Source: Octopus sinensis | Taxonomy: Eukaryota | Assembly (NCBI RefSeq): GCF_006345805.1 | Contig: NC_042999.1 | Span: 78,864,001 to 78,928,000, forward strand | Length of the DNA stretch: 64,000 nucleotides | Reading direction: 5' to 3' | Shown: piece by piece, positions 40,315 to 55,668 of the stretch | Layout: each line of letters opens with the position of its first letter | How positions within the stretch are numbered: position 1 is the first letter of the stretch | Notes under the pieces: model-generated | Database searches by the model: none | Told to the model about the DNA's origin: nothing | The model's input: the letters and a program-made list of their open reading frames with translations, nothing else | Program-made: the position numbers and the translations under genes

Positions 40315-40407
40315 TATTTCTTCCTGAAGAGAAAGACACAATATGGTCTCCTTATTCAATCGGAATTTGGTAAATTGTGGCTTTCGAAACACGTGTAGAA
40401 TGCAATA
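40315..40407 (+). ncRNA. Type I hammerhead ribozyme
   Basis: Stem I TATT..TTC/GAA..AATA; core CTGAAGA at 40324-40330; stem II GAAAGACACAAT/ATTGTGGCTTTC (11/12 paired); GAAA at 40386-40389; helix III palindrome ACACGTGT; cleavage triplet GTA at 40395-40397. Confidence 0.8.
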
Positions 40408-40455
40408 AAACGATTTCTGTTCAATCTTCGTTCAACTCCATTTCTTCAATTCACT

Positions 40456-40501
<46 letters not shown>

Positions 40502-41204
40502 CCGGTTTTCGTTCTCCTTCCCAGGCCTGCATCGTTCATTTATCATTGTTCTGCTTTGTTTTTCATCGTGATTATAATAAAAATATTATTAGTTCTTCAA
40601 GGTCATTCAAGTTTTCTCAACCGATGAATGGACCGCTAGAGTAAACAGATGAACGAACGAACCTATAATGACTAACTGGAAACACCTGCAAGTCGAATTT
40701 ACTACAAGTAGTATGTAATGATCAATATTTACACCTTGTCTCGTACGTACACTCATATAACAATATTCATTTGTAAAATGGTCAACGAAATGTTGAGCTT
40801 TTTTCTGATTTGTAATCTTACCTCTGTCGCACCAATATTTTTGGTGTATCTCATTTCTATTCCCGTTAAGATAAACTATATTTTTATTTGTTATTGTCTT
40901 TTTATTCTTATGTTTCCCGTTTGTTCTAGTAACATACCCTATATGTGGAGGCTGCATCAGGAAAACATTCTCAGGTGATCGTTACTGGTCTCATTAATAA
41001 CTCCTGTATTTGGTTTTGCATGGGCTACATGTTTTGTCAGTTTTTCTCAGTTCTTTTGTTGAAGGCATACTTAAGGATTTCTCACTCCTTGAGGTGTGGC
41101 GGTAACATTTAACATTAGGTCTTTATTGACAATATCTATGTTTAAATATTTCGCTTAGATATTGCAAGACTAATAACCTGGTGTAGAACTCAATGTACAT
41201 ATGT

Positions 41205-41506
41205 TTTTGTTCCTTCTCGAGCCATGCCTGGCTCATAAGGGCCGGTTTCCCGGTCGCCTTGGCGTATAGGTTCCCCACCTGAACGGGACGCCGGTCTATC
41301 GCAGGTGAGCTGGAAGATGCAGGAGGAAAGAGTGAGAGAAAGTTGTGGCGAAAGAGTCAGCAGAAGTTCGCCATTATCTTCTGCCGGAGCCGCGTGAAGT
41401 TTAGGTGTTTCGCTCATAAACACACACATCGCCCTGTCTGAGATTCGAACCCGCGATCCCTCGACCGCAAGTTCGCTGCTCTAACCACTAGGCCATGTGC
41501 CTCCAC
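41205..41506 (-). mobile_element. SINE with family D head and alternative tail (D2)
   Basis: Head GTGGAGGCACATGGCCTAGTGGTTAGAGCAGCG...GGGTTCGAATCTC on the minus strand. Confidence 0.9.
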
Positions 41507-42164
41507 AATGTATATATGCTTCAGAACTAAGCGTTAGTCAAGTACAGAACGGCAATAAGATGAGATGACAAAGAAATAAGCGATTATCTCATGAACTTCA
41601 TTACCTGACAGTTGTTTCTGTTATAAGATGTAGTGGACTCATAGTTGAGTGCCCGAGTAACACCTTATAGCTTCATAGGAGCCTCGAACAAAATCTACTA
41701 TTAAAAAAGTGTCCCAAAAAATTTATGTCTCACGTTGACATTCAGATTGACGTATTTTATATTTTCTGTCAGTCAATTTCACAAAATGTCAGGACATGCT
41801 GCGAAATTTTAATAATAAACCAATGCGTTGTTCTATCACATTCCTTCAGACAATAGCTTTCTTTCTAGATACAAAGTTGTCGCGTATGACATACATGGAT
41901 AAAACTGCATTAATAACTACAGCTCCATAGCTATAACTCTTATTTTACTTACAGAATTCTAGAGAATAGTTGGTCATTAGTTATAGTATTGGGTGTACGT
42001 ATGTACACGGAGCCAAACGTTTCTGTTCCAGGTACACGCAACAAAACTCTACCGAGTCAGCGTGGTCGATCAGTCTTGTAAGAAGTAGTAACTATATCTA
42101 ATTTAAATTACACAATTAGTCTTAAAAGGGGCCTATTGGGTTCTATTTCCAAGGAATATTAAAC

Positions 42165-42298
42165 ACTAGCAGTATAACCCGGCTTTGCCCGGGATTCAGT
42201 TAGGCTTACTAAGCTGATCAAGTTCTTTATTTCAAACCAAACTAAGCAACATCGACGTCAAATTTGAGCGAAATCCGTTGAAATGAAAGTATTTTATA

Positions 42299-42352
<54 letters not shown>

Positions 42353-42735
42353 GTATGTATAGGCGACCACACACATGCACACACCTACGTACGTACACTT
42401 ATTGCATACATGTTTTTTGTACGCATACATGTTCGTGTGTGTGTTGCCCGTATATCAACAAAACACTTTTCTCGTCGATGGAAAAAAACAACAAAAGTCT
42501 TAACAAAAAACTTACACGTCGCTAGAAGGGGACTTAACTCCTGTTTGCAAACAATGGTGATTTCTCCGACTTGAAAATTGTTAAAAGTTTTAGTTGAACA
42601 TTTATTTCTACTGCTATTCGCTGGTGCCTCTGGTAAAAATAAGTTGACGAATATACAGCTAGGCTCATGACGAATGTCCTCCTAAAATTGGAGCGACATG
42701 CGTGCTAATTTCTGGACGTACATATATTACATTCA

Positions 42736-42812
<77 letters not shown>

Positions 42813-42833
42813 CTGCCTTTTATATATACAGAT
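42165..42833 (+). mobile_element. Helitron-like non-autonomous element carrying internal microsatellites
   Basis: 5' end ACTAGCAGTATAACCCGGCTTTGCCCGGG (subterminal hairpin). 3' end (CA)n-CTGCCTTTTATATATACAGAT, resembling Lep1/DINE-1-type rolling-circle repeats. Confidence 0.55.
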
Positions 42834-42879
42834 GAAAACAATATCGGACCACAGCTGGAATCACATTCATTGTATAGAC

Positions 42880-43143
42880 CAGTGGTTCACAGACGGGTTC
42901 CACATAGCACTTAGAGGTCCGTATAGTATTTTGTTGTTAAAGAGTATGTGCAATAAAATGGTTATACTTCTACAACACACAAGATATTTCTAGCTGCAAT
43001 TAATATCTAATTATAAAAATATTACTAATAATTCCTAAAAATATATAAAGATTTTTTAAAAGCAGCAAATGGCTATGAGGGTCCATCCGTGTAAAACAGG
43101 AATCATAGGGGGTCCATAGGCATAAAATGGCTGAGAGTCACTG
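42880..43143. mobile_element. hAT-type MITE
   Basis: Ends CAGTGGTTCACA...TGAGAGTCACTG, with internal GGGGTCCATAGG. No TSD is retained. Confidence 0.65.
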
Positions 43144-43416
43144 TGAGAAACACTGATAGAGATGCTCGTTTAGGGTCAAATAGAAATTGAATAATAAAAT
43201 GAGTAATAATTAGGGCTACGAACAATTGTGCCACATGTGTCATTTCTCATGTAGTCATGGTCATTAATTAGTTTAAATTAGCTCCTGGTAAAGTTTTCAT
43301 TCTAATGTAGAACATATCGTATTTCTTCTCTTCCTTGTTTCACGACTTCTATCTATCCATCTGTCTGTCTGTCTGTCTGTCCGTCTGTCTGTCTGTCTGT
43401 CCGTCTGTCTATCTAC

Positions 43417-43483
<67 letters not shown>

Positions 43484-43566
43484 ACTATCTATCTATCTAT
43501 CTATCTCTTTGAGTATGTGTATATGTGTGTGTATGTGTACATGTGTGTATGTATGTATGTGTGTAT

Positions 43567-43815
43567 GTGGTGACGCGTGGTTTAGCGGTAAAGGTGTTGC
43601 ATTCATGATCGTATGATCGAGGGTTCGATACTGGACCTAGCGATGCGTTGAGTTCTTGAGCAAAACACTTCACTTCTTTTGCTCCAGTCCACTCAGCTGA
43701 CACAAATGAGTAATCCTACGATGGACCATCATCCTATCTAGCGGCGAGGGAATATCTATGCCACAGAATCCGGGAAACTAGCCTTATGATACAATGGCCC
43801 GGGAGGGACCTTTCA
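43567..43815 (+). mobile_element. SINE family E (C-type body, D2-type tail)
   Basis: tRNA-like head, then TTCTTGAGCAAAACACTT...CTCCAGTCCACTCAGCTG, then CCGGGAAACTAGCCTTATGA. Confidence 0.8.
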
Positions 43816-44645
43816 TTCATTTTGTATCCATGTATGTTTGTATACAGAAAGAATAAGAGAGAGGGAGAGAGAGAGAGAGGGGGGAGAAGGACAGGGAAGG
43901 CGATCGAAAGTCAGAAAGTGTATAAAAAGTTAGTATTTATTTCAAGTATCAATAGCATCTAATTGTTAAAAAAATGCAAATCAATCTGGAGAGCACCCCA
44001 GTCTGTATATCCCAAAGTTGAAACTGATCTAATAGACGTATGTCCAAAAAGTTTCCAGTCGTGACTGTCACCCATGATATCTGCTGTATGAACTGTACGC
44101 TTCTATATTCTCGATATCAGTTTGAGCGATTTAGCTGCTATTTCTAGAATGTAGAAGACCCCCCGAGCTGGTTTCTTTTATAACAGGTATTATTGTTCAG
44201 AAGGGCTACTTCCTATCACAACTCCCACGCAACTAGATACATACAATTAAGGAACTTGCACACAGATACACTAAACACCTGCAACAGATGTTAATCCAAT
44301 AACTTAAACAAGGCAGTGATTATATATCCTTTTCGCTATATACGTGTGTATGTGTGTGTATGTGTGAATAAAACACACACACATGCGCTATATGTAGTGG
44401 CAATTTCTAAAGTTTGAAGCAACTAAATAAATGTATAGCGTCTAGTCAATTGCGTTCGGCGATGAGGTAATAGTGATACGCTATGGTTCTTATATATATA
44501 TATATATATAACATATTATATATATACATATTATATATACATATACACACACACATATATACATATATTTATATATACATACAATAATATATATATATTA
44601 TTATATATATATATATATATATACACATATGATATATATATATAT

Positions 44646-44679
<34 letters not shown>

Positions 44680-45883
44680 ACATATGTATATATATTTATA
44701 TATATATACACATGCATACGCACATACACACACACACCAAATATATATGCATACATACGGAGAGACAGAAAAGTGGAGAGAGAGAGAGAGAGAGAGAAAA
44801 CTGTGTGTGTGTGTTTGTATATATATATATATTATATATATATACATACAAATTCATAGAACCCATTTCCGTGAAAGAAGATCCAAATCCAAATAAATAT
44901 ATACAGGGATATGCAGGAGGGATTGAGAGAAAAGGAACTGATAGAGTAGTAAGCGTAGTGGGAGTGAGGAGAAATCGACAGACTGAGAGACAGAGTAGGA
45001 GAGACTGAGAAAGAAGAGATATTGTGTATATGTGTGTGTAAGTTTGAGAGAGAGAGAGGTGGGGAGAATGAGAGAGAATAAATGATATAACAGAAATCTT
45101 CTCCAATTTCTTTATTATTTCTTAGTTCAGTCGAAAAACCACAAAACTATTTTCATATCAGATTCCTTATGGTTCATTACAAAAACAAAAAAAAAAAAGA
45201 AAAAAGGATGCAAAAATAAAAAAAACGCAATGAAAAATCTAGACAAAGGCAAAAGTGAAACGAAATAAAACGAAACGAAATACAAGTAAATATGTTATCG
45301 TTTGGTTAGACTTACTTAAAGAGCACAATTGGAAGAGTGGATGGCGAAGAGACGGTGGCGAGAGAGAAAATAAAGAAAAGATGAAATATGACGGGCAGGT
45401 GGGAAACACAGTTGGACGTTGTTTGGTGTTACCCAATAACATCAACAACAATAGCAATAATCCATTTCTTTCCACACCAGAGACAGCCCTTACTATCCCC
45501 GCTACCAACACTACTACCACTACTACTACTACTACCACAACAAACAACCATGTCAATATAAACCATAGAATTTTATTACCTATTTATGGTGGTTATTTTT
45601 AAAGCTGGTTTTATCTGCACCATTTTCTTGTTTCTGTTGATGTTGTTGCCTTTATTTTTGTTGCTGATGTACTTCTGTTGTTGTTTTTTTCTTTCCTTAT
45701 CGTTTATACTTCTACTTTTATTATTTTACCTGTAGAGTGCTGAACAAAATGCCTTGTGATATTCAATTACCACCCTTTCTGTTGCGAGTTCAAATCCCTC
45801 TACGGTGGATGTCTCTCGTTTATAGTAATCTTTCCTTATTCTTAGGTGACTCTTAATCTGCATATGATTTCTATAAGGAAATA

Positions 45884-46339
45884 ATCCTTTCTACTATAGA
45901 CACAAGATCTGAAATTGTTGTGGGGAGGCTAGTTGATTACAACGACCCCACTGTTTTACTGTTACTTAATTTATTGACTCCGAAAGGATAAAAGGTAAAG
46001 TCGGCCTCGGCAGAATTTGAACTCAGAACGTAGCGACAAGCGAAATACCTATTTCTTTACTACCCACAAGGGGCTAAACACAGAGAGGACAAACAAGGAC
46101 AGGCAAACGAATTAAGTCAATTACATCAACCCCAGTGCGTAACTGGTACTTAATTTATCGACCCCGAAAGGATGAAAGGCAAAGTAGACCTCGGCGGAAT
46201 TGGAACTCAGATAACGGCAGACGAAATACCACTAAGCATTTCGCCCGGCATGCTAAAGATTCTGCCAGCTCGCCGACGGGCGAAATACCGCTAAGCATTT
46301 CGTCCAGCGTGCTAACAATTCTGCCAGCTCGCCGTCTTC
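45884..46339 (-). mobile_element. SINE-B containing a second SINE-B
   Basis: Outer 16-bp TSD TTTCTATAAGGAAATA (45868-45883 and 46340-46355). The inner copy (46050-46275) is flanked by GCGAAATACC (46040-46049 and 46280-46289). Confidence 0.92.
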
Positions 46340-48032
46340 TTTCTATAAGGAAATATTATGACGCAAGGGTATGTTTGGCCTATACTAGAAATTTTAAGAA
46401 TGAAATTATGCTCCACAGTGGGGTATTTTGGTTGCCAGATGTGCCCGGGCGAAATGCATATTTTTAAGACTGAATCCTCAATAGCAAAAAATATATTTAA
46501 GTATATTAATTAAATTATCAACATGGACAAAATAGTAAACAGTTTTTTTTTTTATGGGACCAGAGAGAGATGGGGAGAAAGAGATAGAGAAAATTAAATA
46601 TTAGTTACTGCAGTACAAGGCTGATACTTACTGAAACGATATCGGAAGGATAATATGCAAAATCAACCTCGGTGGGTTTCGAGCCAAGAACTAAAGAGAG
46701 GTAACTAATTGTTGCAACACATGGTTTTCCCGGTGAATCTACCGATTTAGGTAGTCCCCTACTGTAATCTTAATATATTATATTGCAAATGAGACTGGAA
46801 TGACAGAAACGGAATTGTCTTCATTCTTTCAACACCTTCACCCACTTCCGACCCGAATAAATAAGTACTGGGCTCTATCCAATGTACTATACCCATTCCC
46901 TACAAATTTTGGCATTGCACCAATGTGAGAGACCGATAAATTGTCATAAAAGTTAAAGGCGACACAAATAGCTTCAAAACAAAAATGAGACATGTCAGAT
47001 GTAATAAATTGTGTATTTAAATTTTATTTTTTATTACCAATATACACTCACACCTATTTTTTCTTTCATCGGAAAACTTATTTATATTTATACATGACAA
47101 AAAAAAAAGAAGAAAAGAACCCCTAATTTTATTTTATTTTACTTTAGCAATTCGTAAATAATTTGTAGTGAAGGGATAAGGTCGCTTGAATCAACGCCAG
47201 GATTACATAATGCATACATACATACACATATCTTCATCGCCGTCGTCGTCGTCTTCATCATCATTATCATCGTCATCATCATCATCATCATCCTAATTAT
47301 GTTGGAAGAATAAAGAGTTAATTTGATTATGGTATGATCTTTGTGCAAAATGTAGAGCGACAAATCTAAATATTACAAAGCATTCTATCCCTGCATTGCA
47401 ATAAACCTACACACTTTTCCTTATCCTTGGCTATAATATCATAAGTTTCATGATTTTTCAAGATTCAATAGCAGCGTAGTGAGAAATTTCCTTTACTAGA
47501 AATTCTAACCATGGACTGTAGGAAATTACTGTTTTCCCTACGACTTTCCTTTAAACGAATATGTAAATGATAATTGCTTATTTATTTTGATTGAGTTATT
47601 GGATCATTGAAGATGACATTGTGTTTGAGTAGTATGCATGAAAGACAAACCAGTCTAGTCTATACTATCAAAGTCGTTCATATTGCTACTCACGTAATTG
47701 TACATCGTTAATATATTTGGGTGAAGTTCATATAAGACCTGCCTTATAAATTGTTAGTCGAAGGTTCAAAAAGTTTGTATCACTTTATACAGGTTGTATA
47801 GCAATATGCATGATACTTAAACATAATACAGTTCAACTTAGGTAGTTGTAAAAGACAACGTGAACTTGTTAAAATTCATTTCTGAAGCTTAACATGAGTC
47901 TTGCAGTGTCGAAGTGAAAACCTACGGTTGGTATATCTTGGAAAGGGATGGATTCCACTAAACAACTTTACTCATCATATACACTATATAATGGATAACC
48001 GTGGTTAAAATATCAAATAAATTAGATACACA

Positions 48033-48456
48033 AGGCGCAAGAGTGGCTGTGTGGTAAGTAGCTTGCTTACCAACCACATGGTTCCGGGTTCAGTCCCACT
48101 GCGTGGCAACTTGGGCAAGTGTCTTCTACTATAGCTTCGGGCCGACCAAAGCCTTGTGAGTGGATTTGTTAGACGGAAACTGAAAGGAACCCGTCGTATA
48201 TATGTATATGTATGTGTGTGTGCGTGTATGTTTGTGTGTTTGTGTTTGCCCCCCCCCCTAGCATTGCATGACAACCGATGCTGGTGTGTTTACGTCCCCG
48301 TCACTTAGCGGTTCGGCAAAAGAGACCGATAGAATAAGTACCAGGCTTGCAAAGAATAAGTCCCGGGGTCGAGTTGCTCGACTAAAGGCGGTGCTCCAGC
48401 ATGGCCGCAGTCAAATGACTGAAACAAGTAAAAGAGTAAAAGAGAGAGAGAGAGAG
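48033..48456 (+). mobile_element. SINE family A, full length and well preserved
   Basis: GGCGCAAGAGTGGCTGTGTGGTAAG...GGTTCAGTCCC, central TG microsatellite, tail CAAATGACTGAAACAAGTAAAAGAG. Confidence 0.95.
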
Positions 48457-48553
48457 TAACTTGAGAAATTTGTCTCAAAGGTTTGTCTCAAAACAACGAA
48501 AAAGATCATTTGAATTCATTATATCGCGCAATCAAAACGATCGATGCCGCCGC

Positions 48554-48885
48554 CGGAACCTGCTCGTGAAATTAACGTGCAAGTGGCTGAGCACTCCACA
48601 GACACGTGTACCCTTAACGTAGTTCTCGGGGATATTCAGCGTGACACAGAGTGTGACAAGGCTTGCCCTTTGAATTACAGGCACAACAGAAACAGGAAGT
48701 AAGAGTGAGAGAAAGTTGTGGTGAAAGAGTACAGCAGGGTTCGCCACCATCCCCTGCTGGAGCTTCGTGGAGCTTTAGGTGTTTTCGCTCAATAAACACT
48801 CACAACGCCCCCGGTCTGGGAATCGAAACCGCGATGCTATGACCGCAAGTCCGCTGCCCTTACCAATGGGCCATTGCGCCTCCAC
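48554..48885 (-). mobile_element. SINE family D (D1), 3'-truncated
   Basis: Head GTGGAGGCGCAATGGCCCATTGGTAAGGGCAGCGG...GGTTTCGATTCCC on the minus strand. Confidence 0.9.
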
Positions 48886-49544
48886 AATGTAATCTGAAAG
48901 TGTTAAGAGTACATTGCGTCTCCTTTCGATTTTCCGTTCAAATATTTTTTTGAAATGATATTCGTCTTCTTTCAACGATTCACCTACAATGCATGACTAT
49001 GAATTATATACTGGAGATAGTTCATTCTCCTATAACGTGTATGAGAAATTGTCTTGTGTCTCATGAGAATGAGCTGAAAGATAGCATGACCAATAAAATA
49101 AGAAGTGGGCTCACATTAAGCTGTGCTCACAGTTCAGTTTCGATTTCGTATTGAATTCGCTTCATTTTATTTGCACCTCTCTTATGTGTTTTGAAAATCT
49201 CTACGAATCCGGAATTCTTGTCGATATCTCAACAAGATATAAGGGGGTGGAAAGAAACACTAAATATGGCGGCAGCGTTCGTCTATAAAGGCTGAAGCGA
49301 AACCGCATCAGAGCGGGTATACAAAGGCATGATAGCACAAAATCAATAACAAAATAGGAAGTTATGGTGACTAATTAGATTTCTTATATAAGTAATACTA
49401 AGCTGCAATCGTCAGCACCATCTCTATAACAACAACCACAGCTACCACCATGACCATCACCTCTACGACTATCCATTATTAAATACGATACCATACACAC
49501 CAAACAGCATATAACGCTCAATCAGCCACATAACCAACCTACCA

Positions 49545-49561
49545 ACCGGTCGACCGACCGA

Positions 49562-49616
<55 letters not shown>

Positions 49617-49655
49617 ACCAACCAACCAACCAACCAACCAACCAACCAACCAACA
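49545..49655. repeat. Compound (CCAG)n(CCAA)n microsatellite
   Basis: Direct reading. Confidence 0.95.
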
Positions 49656-50394
49656 CCACTACCTTCACATAAGACACATTAAGAGAAAGATTAAAAACAC
49701 AATACGATAGAATAAACCCTCAAAACACACGCATGGGCACACATACAGACACACATACAGACGCGCACGCACACACAAACACACACACACGTACACACAT
49801 ACAGAAGCATACATATGTAAGACACATACACACACAAGCACGCACACGTAAATTTACAGGCACATACACATACACTCAAAATGGCAGCGAGCGCTAAATA
49901 AATTTGAAAAAATAAATAAACAAATAAATGAAACTACGTTGCGGTGTCATGCCTAAATGTGAGTTTGACAAATAAATTCTGCCACCCAGGTTGCTAGAAG
50001 TGATGAGAGCAGTTTTGTGTCACGTCGATTCAAGAATATTATCGTGAACTTCGTCAACATTCTGTGAAATTCCTGCGAAAAATATTGGAAACCCCCACCA
50101 AGTTAAAAAAAGAAAAAGAAAAAGAAAGACAAAAATAACTATGAAAAACAAAAACGAAACAGAACAGACGAAATGTAAAAGTAAAAAGACAAAGAGGAAA
50201 AAAAAAGCATGAAGAAAAGACAAAGAATTATGAATGAAGAAATGGAGATAAGTAAAAAAAAAGTTTAAAAAGTGAAATAAATAAATGGATAAATAACAAA
50301 AGAAAGAAATAAGAAAGAAAGAAAGAAAGAAAGAAACAAACAATTTGGATAATGAAAGGGGGGGAATACTACAGCAGTAGTCGTAGAAGCTGTG

Positions 50395-50689
50395 GGCGAT
50401 GACGACGACGACGACGATGATGGTGATGATGATGACGATGATGAAGATGACGGTGACGACGACGACAATGATGATGATGGTGACGACGTCGATGATGTTG
50501 AAGATGACGATTGCGACAACAATGACAACGATGACGACGATGACGACCACGATGGCGATGATAATGGTGATGATGATAGAAACTATGAGACAAAGAGATG
50601 TATATAAAAAAAATACTTCCAAAACGAGTTACAAAACGAGTCATAGGTAATGTCACGTACGAAGCGTAAACCATATTGATAATGACGTC

Positions 50690-50720
<31 letters not shown>

Positions 50721-50801
50721 TCGCTGATGATGATGATGATGATGGAGACGACGACGATGATGGTGATGAAGATGAAGACGACGACAACGACGATGATGAT
50801 A

Positions 50802-50850
<49 letters not shown>
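50395..50850. repeat. Two compound (GAT/GAC)n tracts
   Basis: Direct reading. They are the source of the poly-D/M/T ORFs. Confidence 0.95.
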
Positions 50851-50851
<1 letters not shown>

Positions 50852-51074
50852 AGGGATGATTTTATTTTCTTTTTTTTCTTTTTTTTTTGGCGGGGTGAGA
50901 GTTCAGATTAAATAGATGTTCATAATTGTAACATAAAGAAAAAAAAAATTTTAAGTGAAAGTTAATGGTGACAACGGCAGCAGCAACAACAACAACAACA
51001 ATAACTGAGACGACAACAGTAATAACAGCAACAGCATTGATGACGATGTCAACAACAACGACCCTAAAACAAAT

Positions 51075-51112
<38 letters not shown>

Positions 51113-51248
51113 TTCTATATACTTATGCATACATACACGAACACACATACACGCGCGCACACATAGTGTATATATATATATATATATATAATATACACAT
51201 ACATATGTATGTGGCTATACACATATATGTGTGCGTGTATGTATATGT

Positions 51249-51313
<65 letters not shown>

Positions 51314-51392
51314 TTGTTATATATATATAAATGTAATGTATATATAGCACATATATACTAAATTATATGTATATCCAGTATATATATATACA

Positions 51393-51433
<41 letters not shown>

Positions 51434-51889
51434 CAAACAAACACACATACACATACATACACACACGAAGAACACCTTTATTTCAGAACAACAAATAAAT
51501 TAAATAATAACGACATCAAAACCAATAGAAATTACATCAACGATGACGATGACGACGACGACAAGGGTGATGACGAAGAAGACCATGATGATGATGATGG
51601 CGGCCAGGGTGATGACGACGACAACGACGACGGCCACGATGTTGATCATTGTGACGATGTTAATGATGGTGATGATACTTCTGGTGGTCTTCATGATGAC
51701 GATGTTGAAAAGTTTGGACAAAGAATAAGAGAAAATACAAAAATAAAAAAAAAGAAGAAAAGCGATTCCACTGAAATAATGAAAGAATGGAATAAATTAT
51801 ATATGTTTGTCTTTGCGTGTGTGTATATGTATTCACACTTACTCTCATTATATATGTTTTAGATGTATATACTCACTGATATACGTATA

Positions 51890-54198
<2,309 letters not shown>

Positions 54199-54275
54199 CG
54201 ACTGACGTTTTTATTTATTATATATATACATACATATATATATATATAATAAATAATAAATATAAACGTCAGTCA

Positions 54276-54306
<31 letters not shown>

Positions 54307-54543
54307 ATATATGTATATATGCATATACATGTTTGCATTTTTGTATATATAATCTATATTAGCCTTCATATGTGTGTATATATATATATGTGTGTTTATA
54401 TATTTTTGTGTGTGTCTGTGTGTATATGTATGCATATACGTATATATTCATATGTGTATATCAACAAATAAATATAGGTATATGTATATATTTATAAATA
54501 TGTGTTTATACAGGCGAACATATATATCTATATAACTATATAC

Positions 54544-54593
<50 letters not shown>

Positions 54594-54657
54594 TTATTAT
54601 ATATATACATAAGTTTACACACACATATATATGTACATATACATACATACATACATG

Positions 54658-54689
<32 letters not shown>

Positions 54690-55472
54690 GATATATATAT
54701 ATATATATATATTATGTATATATATATATGCTTACATACGGTTGTATATGTGAATGTATGTATACTTTTTAAGGTACAGCCACAGCTAAATAATGTTTAC
54801 TTATGTTTATCAATGTGAGGCTACGTCTGTTGGTGAATCTATCGTCATTTTCACCCTGTTACTTGTTCCAGTCAATGGGCTACGACTATGCAAGTGCAGC
54901 TTTTTCGTTTATAGCTTCAGAATTTTCAAAAAAAAAAAAAAAAAGAAAGAAAAACAAGAAAAGCATGCAAATTGCACGCACATATGCACACACAATCTAT
55001 AAAGTGTTATGTAAGCTGCTTTGCTAATAAAGCACTATACACACACACTCAGACATAGACACAAACACACACACACTTCTATATGTATATGTATATATTC
55101 TTATATGAATATTCCATTAGTTTTCACACACTGAACTCTTTAATACTTAATGCTTAATAAAATATAGATTGTTAAAAGTTCTCAAATTTCTATATCTGGA
55201 TCAAGTAACACTACAATAACTTCGATAAGTCAGCTACAGCTAAACCTTCAACATATATATTTTTGACAAATAAACACACGCACTATATATTTTTTCCTTC
55301 ACTCGCTTATTAGTGTTCTTATTCTATTATCTTAATTAATTAATTCATGTCTATTGTCGGAGAATGTTTCGTCACACATCTGTGTCCACTTCAGCAACAC
55401 TTTTCGCGTTCGCGTGTGTTCTTGCTCCACTTGCTCAAAATCTTGCAATACAAATTAATAAACGTCGTGTAT

Positions 55473-55668
<196 letters not shown>

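Larger units (their letters stand above)
39865..40463. mobile_element. Penelope-type fold-back element: 219-bp inverted arms plus a 150-bp extension, flanked by (TA)n
   Basis: 40014-40232 versus 40245-40463 match at 217/219 positions with a 12-nt spacer. There is a hammerhead in each arm. Confidence 0.8.

Noticed and set aside
40085-40392. Near-identical 80-aa ORFs on opposite strands
   Set aside because: This is a trivial consequence of the DNA palindrome, and the peptide has no recognisable features.
48033-48110. tRNA genes at SINE heads (also 12198, 41440, 43567, 48810, 62792)
   Set aside because: A and B boxes are present, but there is no complete cloverleaf and each continues into a SINE body.
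49260-49890. YY1-like ATGGCGGC / AAAATGGCAG motifs as a promoter
   Set aside because: Short motifs expected by chance, with no CpG island or linked exon.
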